DNA of 64,000 nucleotides from Candidatus Nanoarchaeia archaeon (lineage in GTDB: Archaea; Nanobdellota; Nanobdellia; SCGC-AAA011-G17; JAFCDX01): NCBI GenBank assembly GCA_041651575.1, contig JBAZJB010000001.1, positions 74,430 through 138,429 on the forward strand, given 5' to 3'. The translations under genes and the position numbers were made by a program. The notes under the pieces are model-generated. The model did no database searches. It saw nothing but the letters and a program-made list of their open reading frames with translations, and was not told the DNA's origin. Below are positions 38,540 to 47,346 of the stretch, piece by piece; the first letter of the stretch is position 1; the number at the start of each line of letters is the position of its first letter.

Positions 38540-39502
38540 TTATATCTCAGTTGCTGTTAAATTAAGGAATGCTATGAAACCTACGTTTAGTATAGGTAAA
38601 ACTAAAAAGGTTCCATATTGAGCAATGACTGTTGCAGTTAATCCTCCTACTGCTCCTCCAATAACATTAATGATTGCTAAAGTTGTAATAAACAATAAAG
38701 GTGCAGCAATTAATATTCCTGTATAAATATCTGAATATGTTGCAATAGATTCTACATATTTTTGTCTTTCTAATTTGTATGTTGAAAGAGCGTCTTGTGC
38801 TTTTGTTTCTAAATATGTTTTTAAATCTCCACCTGAATTAACTGTTGATACAATTCCATTTAATAATTCTCCAAATTCTGGACTTGGGCAAGTTGATGCA
38901 ACAGATTTCAAAGCAGTGCTTAAATCATAACCAAAAATATTAATATGATTCATTATTTTTTTAAATTCTGTTTCTAATTCAGGATATTCTTTGGATTGTA
39001 TTAACAAACTGAAAATATTTATTGGTGGAGTACCTGAGCCAGCAATAGCTGCCATATGAATAATTGCAAAAGGTAGTTCTGATTTAATTTTTTTCCTTCT
39101 GCTATTAATATTTGATTTTGGATAGAAGAAAAAAAGGATTACAGTAAAAAATAGAGATAATACTCCTAAACCTAATCCATTAAGAATATTTTTTAATATA
39201 ATTGAAAATAGAATTGTTCCTACAAAAAAAGCTAAAATACTTGAAAATATCATTATACTTACATAACTTTCAGAAAGCATATTTAATCTTATTAATTTTA
39301 AAGAATTAAATAAAGGTTTGAACAATTCTGGAAATTTTCTTAGTAAAAGAAGAGTTATAGGTTCTACAAATCTATTTGATATTTTTGCAAATTGGTTTGG
39401 TTTGTATAAAGTATATGGAACTACTGCAGGTTTTGATTTTACTTTTTTATAATTTTTAGCAAATTTCTTAATATAAGGATTTATTTCAGGATTTTTTTTC
39501 AT
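38540..39502 (-). CDS. TadB/FlaJ-like pilus platform membrane protein (half-size)
   Basis: Same architecture as the adjacent platform gene and directly downstream of the ATPase. Confidence 0.5.
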   Translation of the reverse strand: MKKNPEINPYIKKFAKNYKKVKSKPAVVPYTLYKPNQFAKISNRFVEPITLLLLRKFPELFKPLFNSLKLIRLNMLSESYVSIMIFSSILAFFVGTILFSIILKNILNGLGLGVLSLFFTVILFFFYPKSNINSRRKKIKSELPFAIIHMAAIAGSGTPPINIFSLLIQSKEYPELETEFKKIMNHINIFGYDLSTALKSVASTCPSPEFGELLNGIVSTVNSGGDLKTYLETKAQDALSTYKLERQKYVESIATYSDIYTGILIAAPLLFITTLAIINVIGGAVGGLTATVIAQYGTFLVLPILNVGFIAFLNLTATEI

Positions 39503-39509
39503 ATTTCAC

Positions 39510-41111
39510 CTAAATTACGCCGAATTGCTTTAAAACTTTTTTTGGATTTCTTGCATATTCATTAATTACTGTTTGAACTTGTTTATAATCAAAAATTTTA
39601 GCTTTGTACATAGCAACTAATAGTTTCGTTCTTAATTGGAATTCTTCTAATAATCTTTCTTTACCAAATCCAAATTCTTCTGTTAATTTTTTAAAAGTAT
39701 AACTATCTGTTTTAAAGAAAAAAGTATCTGTATTAACATCCCATTTAAATGGAATATTAATTTGTGCTTGTCCTGATTCTCCTACAGAAATAATTTCTTG
39801 AATCATTTTTATTCTTCTTACATCTACATTGTTTACTTTTGCATGTCCAATAACACAAACAACATCAAGGGATTCAACTAAAGTTGCAGATAAATTAATT
39901 GGGGGGCTCTCAAGTCTTTTTATCATACTTTCTACATCATTTGCGTGCATTGTACCCATTGATGGATGTCCTGAGCTCATTCCCTGGAATAAAACGAAAG
40001 CTTCTTGTCCTCTAATTTCTCCCACAATTACATAATCTGGTCTTTGTCTGAAAGATTCTTTTAATAAATCAAATAAAGTAACTTCTCCATATTTTTGGCC
40101 AACAATATTTGCTAGACCAATACCTTCTCTAGCTACACTTGGTAACCAGTTTTCATGTTCTAAATTTAATTCTCTAGTATCTTCTATTGAAACAATTCTA
40201 GCTTGAGGTGGGATAAAAAAGGCTAATCCATTTAAGAAAGTTGTTTTACCTGAACCTGTTCCACCAATGACCATAACATTAAATTCGTGTTCAATCAAAA
40301 TCCATAGGTATGCTAAAATTTCTGGGCTTACTGTTCTCATATCAATCATTTTTACAGGGCTCCATGGCTCTTTAGTAAATTTTCTTAAAGTGAAAGTAGG
40401 TCCTTTTGAAGAAATGTCTGTTGTATAAGTTGCATTTACTCTAGATCCATCTGGCAAAGATCCATCTAAAATTGGATTTGAATAAGAAACATATCTTCCT
40501 GCTTTTTGTGCTAATTTTTCTACAAAAGAAATTAAATAAGGAAATTCATTAAATGTAATATTTGATCTTAAATTTCTATATTTTCTATGTACTATATAAA
40601 CTGGACTCTTTATTCCATTACATTCAATATCTTCTATAAAATAATCACATAATAAAGGTTCAATCTCATTCATACCTACAAAATCTCGATAAACATAATA
40701 CATTATTTTTAAAAAAGTATCATTAGAAATTTTTAATCCAAGTTCTTTTAATAAAGTTTTAATATTTCTTTCTAAATATTCAATAACTGCTTCTCCTTTT
40801 TTAATACTAATAAAACTAACATTGATGAATTCTTTTACTCCATTTTCTAATATTTTTAGAACTTCTTTTTCTCTATCATCTAATCTTGGTTCTATTACTT
40901 CATAAATAACATCGCCTTCTTTTGGATCCCAATGTATATGAACAGAAGCATAAGGTTCAATTAAAGGATATTGAATATCAATTTTTTCTTTGTTTGGAAA
41001 ATCAGGTAATACTGGAAGTTTTTCTATACGATTTATTTTGAAAAGAGTCTCTTCTTTTATAGAACTATCTACTTTTTTATCTACCTCTTTTTTTCCAAAT
41101 AACTTAAACAT
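39510..41111 (-). CDS. Type IV pilus assembly ATPase (FlaI/TadA/GspE family)
   Basis: Walker A 'GGTGSGKTT', Asp box, Walker B 'DYVIVGEIRGQEA' and His box 'GHPSMGTMHA'. Confidence 0.8.
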   Translation of the reverse strand: MFKLFGKKEVDKKVDSSIKEETLFKINRIEKLPVLPDFPNKEKIDIQYPLIEPYASVHIHWDPKEGDVIYEVIEPRLDDREKEVLKILENGVKEFINVSFISIKKGEAVIEYLERNIKTLLKELGLKISNDTFLKIMYYVYRDFVGMNEIEPLLCDYFIEDIECNGIKSPVYIVHRKYRNLRSNITFNEFPYLISFVEKLAQKAGRYVSYSNPILDGSLPDGSRVNATYTTDISSKGPTFTLRKFTKEPWSPVKMIDMRTVSPEILAYLWILIEHEFNVMVIGGTGSGKTTFLNGLAFFIPPQARIVSIEDTRELNLEHENWLPSVAREGIGLANIVGQKYGEVTLFDLLKESFRQRPDYVIVGEIRGQEAFVLFQGMSSGHPSMGTMHANDVESMIKRLESPPINLSATLVESLDVVCVIGHAKVNNVDVRRIKMIQEIISVGESGQAQINIPFKWDVNTDTFFFKTDSYTFKKLTEEFGFGKERLLEEFQLRTKLLVAMYKAKIFDYKQVQTVINEYARNPKKVLKQFGVI

Positions 41112-41184
41112 CTTACCTAATTTAATATAAAAATTGTATATATAAATAGGTTTCGAATTTAGAAAATTGGTAAAATTAGGCTTT

Positions 41185-41703
41185 TTATATGCCCTTTATT
41201 GATATTTTGCCTGCATCTTCGTTTCTTATAAGGAGATTATATTTTCCTGAAAGTGTTTTTAAATCTGTATTTAATCCTGCTAAAGCGTTGGTATAATCTA
41301 AAGTTAATGTAATTTGATATTGACTTCCTTGTTTTATTGTAGATATTTTTATATTTCCTTCTGTTATTGTTGAACCTTCTTGAGATGCAATGTATTTTGA
41401 AGGACCAGTCCAAGTTATTTTCTTTGGTGCTATTGTTGGAGGATTATCTGCTCCTGTGGTTATACTGAATTCTCCTCTTTGTATTTCAATTGAAGCTGTT
41501 CTTTGTGCTCCAGGACCTTCTCTTAAAACGTCTCTTATTGTAGAATCTATTTTATGCATAACTTCTTTTGTTTGTAAATAAGTATTTCTATCTCTCATTT
41601 TATTTATTGCTGGTGTTGTTGCCGCTAATACTACTGCAAGAATTACTACACCAAGAGCTACATAAATTACTGCTGAAATCCAAATATCTGCTTTTTTGTT
41701 CAT
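41185..41703 (-). CDS. Type IV pilin-like protein (class III signal 'MNKKA|DIWISAVIYVALGVV')
   Basis: KKA followed by a hydrophobic N-terminal helix. Confidence 0.5.
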   Translation of the reverse strand: MNKKADIWISAVIYVALGVVILAVVLAATTPAINKMRDRNTYLQTKEVMHKIDSTIRDVLREGPGAQRTASIEIQRGEFSITTGADNPPTIAPKKITWTGPSKYIASQEGSTITEGNIKISTIKQGSQYQITLTLDYTNALAGLNTDLKTLSGKYNLLIRNEDAGKISIKGI

Positions 41704-41743
41704 GTTCGTTTATATAAAAAATAAAAAAATAAAAAAAATAAAT

Positions 41744-42277
41744 TTATGCTATTGTTGCTTCTGCTGCTACTCCAACATCACAAGGTTTTGTATCTGCTCC
41801 AATTTTAACTTTTGGAACTACTAATACTTTATTTCCTGCTTTTATTATTTTACTATTTGTTAAGTTCCATTGTTGTATTGCTGCACCATTCCAACTTATG
41901 TTGGTTAGTATGTTTATATCTTTAGAACCTAAAATAGGTATAGCATTTGTATTTGTTACATCTGCATCAACTGTTATCCTTTCGGTAGTTGTTTCTATTA
42001 ATACAATTGCACCTGCAACTTCTTTTTCTGCATTATTATTTGCTATTTTTATTGTTAAATTGCTTAATGCTCCATCTACAGGTTTTTCTAAAATTGCACT
42101 AGTAATTTCTAAATTCATACCCATACAAGCAGTTTGTAAGTTTACTGTTTTTTCTTGTTCAGCTGTTAAGTTTTTAACAAAACCACCTGCCCATTGCAAG
42201 ACAACTGCAGCTAAAACTATAGTAAATCCAATTATCAAAACTGTTGCGATTAATGGACTAATTGCTTTCTTATTCAT
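41744..42277 (-). CDS. Archaeal type IV pilin (class III signal 'MNKKA|ISPLIATVLIIGFTIVLAA')
   Basis: Canonical archaeal pilin/flagellin-N-terminal-like 'ISPLIATVL' helix. Confidence 0.65.
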   Translation of the reverse strand: MNKKAISPLIATVLIIGFTIVLAAVVLQWAGGFVKNLTAEQEKTVNLQTACMGMNLEITSAILEKPVDGALSNLTIKIANNNAEKEVAGAIVLIETTTERITVDADVTNTNAIPILGSKDINILTNISWNGAAIQQWNLTNSKIIKAGNKVLVVPKVKIGADTKPCDVGVAAEATIA

Positions 42278-42302
42278 TTTTCACCTCCGTTATCATTTTT
42301 TA

Positions 42303-42731
42303 TTAAATATCAACTGTAACTTTTTTCTCAGCACAAGTTCCAGTAACTCCTTGTCTTACTATCATTGGCATAACATCTAATTTACCTGTTTTTCCTGGAA
42401 ATGTTAAAGATTTTTGTTCTCCAGGATTAAAAGATTCTTTTTCTACAAGACTTTCTCCATTACTTTGAACCATTATTCTTATGCCATTAAATAAAGCAGT
42501 TCCATCGTTTTTAATTTCAAGAACTGCATTTCCATTTATTTTTTGAGCACTTAATATAATTAATGAAATTTGAGTTGTACAATCAGTTTTAATTTCATTT
42601 AAAGCTCCATCTTTTTGCATTTGTTCTCTAATAATACTTCCATACCACATCCAAATTGCAACAGCTATTATTACAGTGAAACCAATTAGAAGTACTGTAG
42701 CAATTAATGGACTGATTGCTTTTTTATTCAT
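42303..42731 (-). CDS. Archaeal type IV pilin (start at internal 'MNKKA|ISPLIATVLLIGFTVIIAVAI')
   Basis: Same N-terminal domain. The track ORF extends 9 codons upstream to 42758. Confidence 0.6.
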   Translation of the reverse strand: MNKKAISPLIATVLLIGFTVIIAVAIWMWYGSIIREQMQKDGALNEIKTDCTTQISLIILSAQKINGNAVLEIKNDGTALFNGIRIMVQSNGESLVEKESFNPGEQKSLTFPGKTGKLDVMPMIVRQGVTGTCAEKKVTVDI

Positions 42732-42748
42732 TAAATCTTCTCTTTTTA

Positions 42749-43300
42749 TTATGGACATTTTCTAATACTCTTAATCTCCTTTAATTTAAAAACCTTTTCA
42801 TTACAAATTATATTTTTATCTTCTACATGGATTATTGGAGTAATAATTATTTCTAAAGGTTTTAAAGTTAAATCTAAATCATCATCGGTTGCATCTTCAT
42901 CATTTAAACCTGCACTTAAAGATAGAAAAGCATTTACTCCTGGATTGATAACATTAAGTTTAGTAGTTCCTTCTGAATTACTTGTAATTGAAAATTGTTC
43001 ATCTTTTTCTAATTCATCTAAATCAGTTCCTTGTTTTAGATATAGTGTAATATTTACTATGTTAAAAGAACCAGTATTTTTTAATGTAAAATTTAATATT
43101 TTGGCATCATTCAAAATTTTATAACAATCTAATTGTGCATTAATACTTGTATCTGGACAATATAAATCTGAACCTTTTTCTATATTACTTACTTGTTCTC
43201 TTGTTTGGTTTATTATATAATTAGAAACGAAAACTCCAATTACAACTGTAAATCCAACTAGCATAACATACGCAATTAATGGACTTATTGATTTTTTCAT
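42749..43300 (-). CDS. Archaeal type IV pilin ('MKKS|ISPLIAYVMLVGFTVVIGV')
   Basis: Same N-terminal domain. Confidence 0.6.
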   Translation of the reverse strand: MKKSISPLIAYVMLVGFTVVIGVFVSNYIINQTREQVSNIEKGSDLYCPDTSINAQLDCYKILNDAKILNFTLKNTGSFNIVNITLYLKQGTDLDELEKDEQFSITSNSEGTTKLNVINPGVNAFLSLSAGLNDEDATDDDLDLTLKPLEIIITPIIHVEDKNIICNEKVFKLKEIKSIRKCP

Positions 43301-43971
43301 GGTGTTTCTATTACCTGTACTTTTACATTATTGTTGTCTTCACTTTTTACTATGGCATTAAAATTTTGATTTCCTATTTTATAAAAGACTCCTGCTATTT
43401 GTAAATAAAATTGTCCAGTAGTTAAGTCTACATTTCCAGAATTTAATTCAGAACCAAAATTAGTTACTTTTGTTGGAATTGTTTTAGTAAATTTCATTCC
43501 AGCCACATCTAAACTTAATTCATTAACTGTTTTACTAGTATCAGAAAATAAACTATCTGTACAGGAGGGTTGTTCTGTAGAAGTACATATCCAAGTAATA
43601 TCTTCATTTGGGGTTGAAGATTTTTTACCTAAGAAATTACCTACTTTGAAAGTATACGCATTTTTAGTTTCTTCATCTTCTAAAGGATTGATGCTTCTAT
43701 AAACATAAACAATTCCTAAACTTGGATCAATTGATTGAGCATAATTAGTAAAATTTTTTGTAAAATCTTCTAAAGCTGTTTCTACATCCTCATTAGTTAA
43801 TATTGCTTCGTTAACAACTTTTGGTGTTTCTTCAGCATAATTAGCAGACAAATCTGGAAAATCTTCTAATAAAATTCTTTCTTCATAGGTATTTACTCTA
43901 GAAGATAATATCAAAATTACTCCACAAAGTATTACTGCTATTAAAATAAAAAATTGACCTCTTTTATTCAT
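43297..43971 (-). CDS. Pilin-like protein ('MNKRG|QFFILIAVILCGVILIL')
   Basis: KRG followed by a hydrophobic helix. First gene of the operon, with a 4-nt overlap to the next. Confidence 0.45.
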   Translation of the reverse strand: MNKRGQFFILIAVILCGVILILSSRVNTYEERILLEDFPDLSANYAEETPKVVNEAILTNEDVETALEDFTKNFTNYAQSIDPSLGIVYVYRSINPLEDEETKNAYTFKVGNFLGKKSSTPNEDITWICTSTEQPSCTDSLFSDTSKTVNELSLDVAGMKFTKTIPTKVTNFGSELNSGNVDLTTGQFYLQIAGVFYKIGNQNFNAIVKSEDNNNVKVQVIETP

Positions 43972-43986
43972 TATTATTATACTCCT

Positions 43987-44619
43987 TTAGTCCTTTAATA
44001 ATTTTTCTACGTCTTTAAAAATGACTTTAATTGGCCTTTCACCATTAACTTCTTTTATAATTCCTAATTTTTTAAAATATTTTATAATGGGGGTTTCAAA
44101 TTTCCTATAAACTTTTAATCTTTCATCTATTACACATTCATCTTCTCTAACTTGTAATTTTGTTCTATCATAATCACAAATGTTATCGTGTTTTGGTTTT
44201 AAAAATTTAATATGATACGTACGTCCGCATTTAGGACATTGTAATCTTCCTTTTAATCTTGATTTTACTGTTTTATCAGAAACTTTAATCAAAATTGCTT
44301 TGTCTATTTGATTATTCTTAATTAAATTTTTAGCTTCTTCAAATCTTCTTGGAGAACCATCCAAAACATAATTATCTTTTGGAATATTTTTTATTAATAA
44401 GTTATTTACTAATTTATGCGGTGCTAATTTTCCAGAATCTAATATTTTTTCTAATTTTTTATCTTTTCTTGCTGCTTTTCTTAAGATATTTCCAACAGTA
44501 ATTCTCTTTAAATGATACTTTTTTTCTAGAAGTTGAGCATAAGTTCCTTTTCCAGATCCAGGTGGACCTATTATTGCTAGTTTCATTTTACCTCTTTTTA
44601 ATTTAAAAGAATTATTCAA
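43987..44619 (-). CDS. adk: Adenylate kinase (long type with zinc-ribbon lid)
   Basis: 'IIGPPGSGKGT' P-loop. 'CPKCGRTYH...C.YD' lid domain. Confidence 0.8.
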   Translation of the reverse strand: MNNSFKLKRGKMKLAIIGPPGSGKGTYAQLLEKKYHLKRITVGNILRKAARKDKKLEKILDSGKLAPHKLVNNLLIKNIPKDNYVLDGSPRRFEEAKNLIKNNQIDKAILIKVSDKTVKSRLKGRLQCPKCGRTYHIKFLKPKHDNICDYDRTKLQVREDECVIDERLKVYRKFETPIIKYFKKLGIIKEVNGERPIKVIFKDVEKLLKD

Positions 44620-44634
44620 TTATATAGTTTTCTA

Positions 44635-45114
44635 TTAACCGAAGTATTGGACTTTCTCTTTTTTCTCTGAGGATTCCCAACCTTTTATCAATTTTTCAAA
44701 TATTTTTTTAATTTTGTCTTTATTATCATTCCAATCTTGGTAAAATTCTTTTATGAATTTGGCATTTTCTTCTTCTTTTGATTCTATTTCTAAGGAAGCA
44801 GATCTCCTTTCAAATATCATCATATGACTTAATAATTTTGAAATGTTTTCTTTTTCTACTTCATCAAAGAAATTATTTTGTTTAATAGAAACAATAACTC
44901 CTGGATTTGGCATTAAAACTGCCTGTAAGTTATTACAAACAAAAATTAATTTTTCACTCATTCTTCTTCTTATAACATCTAATAAAAACTTTTCATTTAC
45001 ATTTTCTAGATTAACATTAGATAATTCGAATTCCTTGTCCAAACTATTAAAATCTGATAAACTATACTTTGTTTTGTATTTACTATATTCTTTTTCTAAG
45101 TTTGTTTTTTCCAT
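44635..45114 (-). CDS. Hypothetical protein
   Basis: ORF only. Confidence 0.25.
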   Translation of the reverse strand: MEKTNLEKEYSKYKTKYSLSDFNSLDKEFELSNVNLENVNEKFLLDVIRRRMSEKLIFVCNNLQAVLMPNPGVIVSIKQNNFFDEVEKENISKLLSHMMIFERRSASLEIESKEEENAKFIKEFYQDWNDNKDKIKKIFEKLIKGWESSEKKEKVQYFG

Positions 45115-45128
45115 TTTAAAGGATTATA

Positions 45129-45223
45129 AGCCCCGACCGGGAATTGAACCCGGGACCTCTTCCTTACCAAGGAACTGAGCAGTTTTCATCAAACTAGTGC
45201 TCTACCGACTGAGCCATCGGGGC
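45129..45223 (-). tRNA. tRNA-Thr(GGU) with 22-nt non-canonical intron (between positions 27 and 28)
   Basis: Minus strand. Acceptor GCCCCGA/TCGGGGC. D-arm GCTC-AGTCGGTA-GAGC. T-arm CCGGG-TTCAATT-CCCGG. Anticodon arm C|TTCC-TTGGTAA-GGAAG after removing TAGTTTGATGAAAACTGCTCAG, leaving a mature length of 73 nt. Confidence 0.55.
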
Positions 45224-45853
45224 GCTTTTAATAAAATCTACCTTCTCTTTATTTTTTAAAGGTATGTATTTTAATATTTTATAGAAATCCTTTTTATGTA
45301 TATAAATCTGATGGTAAACATGATTATTATACTTCCAAGGGCAAGAATGATAAGAAAATTTAAATTGTTTAAACATATTATCACAAAATTTAGCTAAATA
45401 TTTACTTGCTGTAGAAAGCCCAAAACCACTTCCCTTTTTACCTCCGTCTGTATCTAATAATCCTGTAAGTAATGGGGCATAATACTTTTTTGGTAAATTT
45501 GGAATTTTAGCAATTTTTGCTTTTTTACCGGTGGTAATTCCTTTATTTTTTAAGAATAAGTATATCTTTTTGGATTCTATTGGGCAATTATATAAAATTT
45601 TTCTATCTTTCTTTTTTCTAATTTCTAATCGCGGATTTATATTAAATAATCTAACAAATAGAGGAATGTATACTTCTTTACAGAAATTTAAAGAATTACA
45701 GAAAAAATAAATAAGGTGTCTTTTCTGTATTTTTCCATTTGGTCTTTTTGTAAATGCTTTAGGTAAACTTCCGTCCCCTAAAATTAAACCACAAAAATAA
45801 GCTAAATCATTATTCCATCTTTTTGGTAAAATTATATTTTTATTTATGCTCAT
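45194..45853 (-). CDS. LAGLIDADG-family homing endonuclease-like protein (free-standing)
   Basis: Two LAGLIDADG motifs 'LAYFCGLILGDGSL' and 'LLTGLLDTDGGKK' about 110 aa apart. The last 10 codons read into the tRNA-Thr 5' end, so the true C-terminus is uncertain. Confidence 0.55.
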   Translation of the reverse strand: MSINKNIILPKRWNNDLAYFCGLILGDGSLPKAFTKRPNGKIQKRHLIYFFCNSLNFCKEVYIPLFVRLFNINPRLEIRKKKDRKILYNCPIESKKIYLFLKNKGITTGKKAKIAKIPNLPKKYYAPLLTGLLDTDGGKKGSGFGLSTASKYLAKFCDNMFKQFKFSYHSCPWKYNNHVYHQIYIHKKDFYKILKYIPLKNKEKVDFIKSAPMAQSVEH

Positions 45854-45962
45854 ACCACTATGGTGCTTTTTTTATTTATAAATCTCACGCACACCCGTTT
45901 GCAAGTTGCAATTTGTTGTAATATATATTTTGTAGAATATACTTTTTATAAGAAAAAATAAG

Positions 45963-46046
45963 TGTGGGAGAAGGGATTTGAACCCTCGCAAGCACTAAGC
46001 TACTGGATCTTAAGTCCAGCGCATTTGACCGCTCTGCCACTCCCAC
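45963..46046 (-). tRNA. tRNA-Leu(UAA)
   Basis: Minus strand. GTGGGAG/CTCCCAC acceptor. 3-bp D-stem with 11-nt D-loop. Anticodon arm CTGGA-CTTAAGA-TCCAG. Long variable arm. T-arm GAGGG-TTCAAAT-CCCTT. Discriminator A. Confidence 0.75.
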
Positions 46047-46084
46047 ATAATCCAAAAAAGAACTAAAATTACTTATAAATATTG

Positions 46085-46579
46085 CTATTTATTGATTATA
46101 TTTAACCCTATTATTTTCTTATTTTTAATATCAAATACTAATAATTCAGAAGGAAATTCTTTGTTTTTTAAACCTGTTAATGTTGCTAGTTTTTCAGCTT
46201 TTAAGGTATCTATTACTATAGAACCAGGATATTCGGCTTTTGCTATGTTTTTTGCTATTTTTATTTTATGTTCTTCTATACTTTTGAATTTTAATAATTC
46301 TCCTTTGTAAACTTTTTTTAAGCATTCTGCTTCTATTTTTATTATCTCTTTTCTTGTCTTTGGTTTTTTCTTTTTTTCCATAGATACTTTTAATTTAGCA
46401 TAATATTCAACTATTTTTGTTATTTTGTTTATTTCTTCTTTTTTTAATCTAATGAATTTTAACCATTTTGTTCTTGCTGGAGAATTTAGAAATATTAACA
46501 ATACTTTCTGATCTATTAAGAATTCCCTTGCATCGCTTGGAGATTCTTGTTTTAATTTAGAAAAACTAACCTCTTTCAT
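46085..46579 (-). CDS. Hypothetical Lys-rich protein
   Basis: ORF only. Confidence 0.25.
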   Translation of the reverse strand: MKEVSFSKLKQESPSDAREFLIDQKVLLIFLNSPARTKWLKFIRLKKEEINKITKIVEYYAKLKVSMEKKKKPKTRKEIIKIEAECLKKVYKGELLKFKSIEEHKIKIAKNIAKAEYPGSIVIDTLKAEKLATLTGLKNKEFPSELLVFDIKNKKIIGLNIINK

Positions 46580-46679
46580 TAATATTAAAAGAATTCTTTT
46601 GTTTTTATAGGTTGTGGTGATAAAACTTTAATCTTAGCTCATTAAAAACCTTTAAATAATCAATTTATTTATTAAATAT

Positions 46680-47345
46680 ATGAAATTAAAGAGGAAGATG
46701 TTTTTATTATTTACCTTGGGATTAATAGTTATAGGATTAATGTTATTCTTACCAGCAGGTTCTTTTAGTTATTGGCAAGGTTGGTTATTCATAGCTATTT
46801 TATTTATTCCTTGTCTTTTTGTGGCATTATATTTTTTAAAACATGATCCAAAACTTTTAGAAAGGAGAATGAAATTTAAAGAAAAAGAAGTTCAGCAAAG
46901 ATTAATTATAAAAATATCAATTTTAATTTTCATTATAGGCTTCTTAATTCCAGGATTTGATTATAGATATCATTGGTCAAATGTTCCAGTGTTTTTAGTT
47001 ATTATTTCAGCAATTATTGTTTTAGTAGGATATTCACTAGTATTTTTTGTTTTTAAAGAAAATAGTTTTACTTCAAGAACAGTAGAAGTTTATAAAAAAC
47101 AAAAATTAGTTAGCACAGGACCTTATGCAATAATAAGACATCCAATGTATTTGGGAGTAATTTTAATGTATTTATTTATGCCTTTAACTCTTGGATCTTA
47201 TTACGCATCAATTTTTTCAATCCCAATGATTTTTGTAATAATTTTTAGAACTTTAAACGAAGAAAAAGTTTTGTTAAGAGATTTAAAAGGTTATAAAGAA
47301 TATATGAAAAAAGTAAAATATAGGATAATACCTTATTTATGGTGA
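46680..47345 (+). CDS. Isoprenylcysteine carboxyl methyltransferase (ICMT)/phospholipid methyltransferase-family membrane protein
   Basis: 'GPYAIIRHPMYLGVILMYLF' (the RHPxY motif of ICMT/PEMT family). Multi-TM. Confidence 0.55.
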   Translation: MKLKRKMFLLFTLGLIVIGLMLFLPAGSFSYWQGWLFIAILFIPCLFVALYFLKHDPKLLERRMKFKEKEVQQRLIIKISILIFIIGFLIPGFDYRYHWSNVPVFLVIISAIIVLVGYSLVFFVFKENSFTSRTVEVYKKQKLVSTGPYAIIRHPMYLGVILMYLFMPLTLGSYYASIFSIPMIFVIIFRTLNEEKVLLRDLKGYKEYMKKVKYRIIPYLW

Positions 47346-47346
47346 G

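Noticed and set aside
36457-43971. Possible archaellum (archaeal flagellum) locus
   Set aside because: The locus has a FlaI-like ATPase and FlaJ-like membrane proteins. However, it lacks FlaH (KaiC-like), FlaF/G, FlaC/D/E and FlaX, and the filament genes are short DUF361-type pilins rather than archaellins. A type IV adhesive pilus is the better call.
45129-45223. tRNA-Ile(GAU) reading of the same gene (stem CTAGT, loop TTGATGA)
   Set aside because: No complementary 3' strand exists for that stem and position 37 would be G. Removing a 22-nt insert gives a fully canonical tRNA-Thr(GGU) of exactly 73 nt.
45194-45223. C-terminal 10 codons of the LAGLIDADG ORF as genuine coding sequence
   Set aside because: They overlap the acceptor stem and D-arm of tRNA-Thr and are probably a read-through artefact of stop-to-stop ORF calling. 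The true stop or boundary is uncertain.
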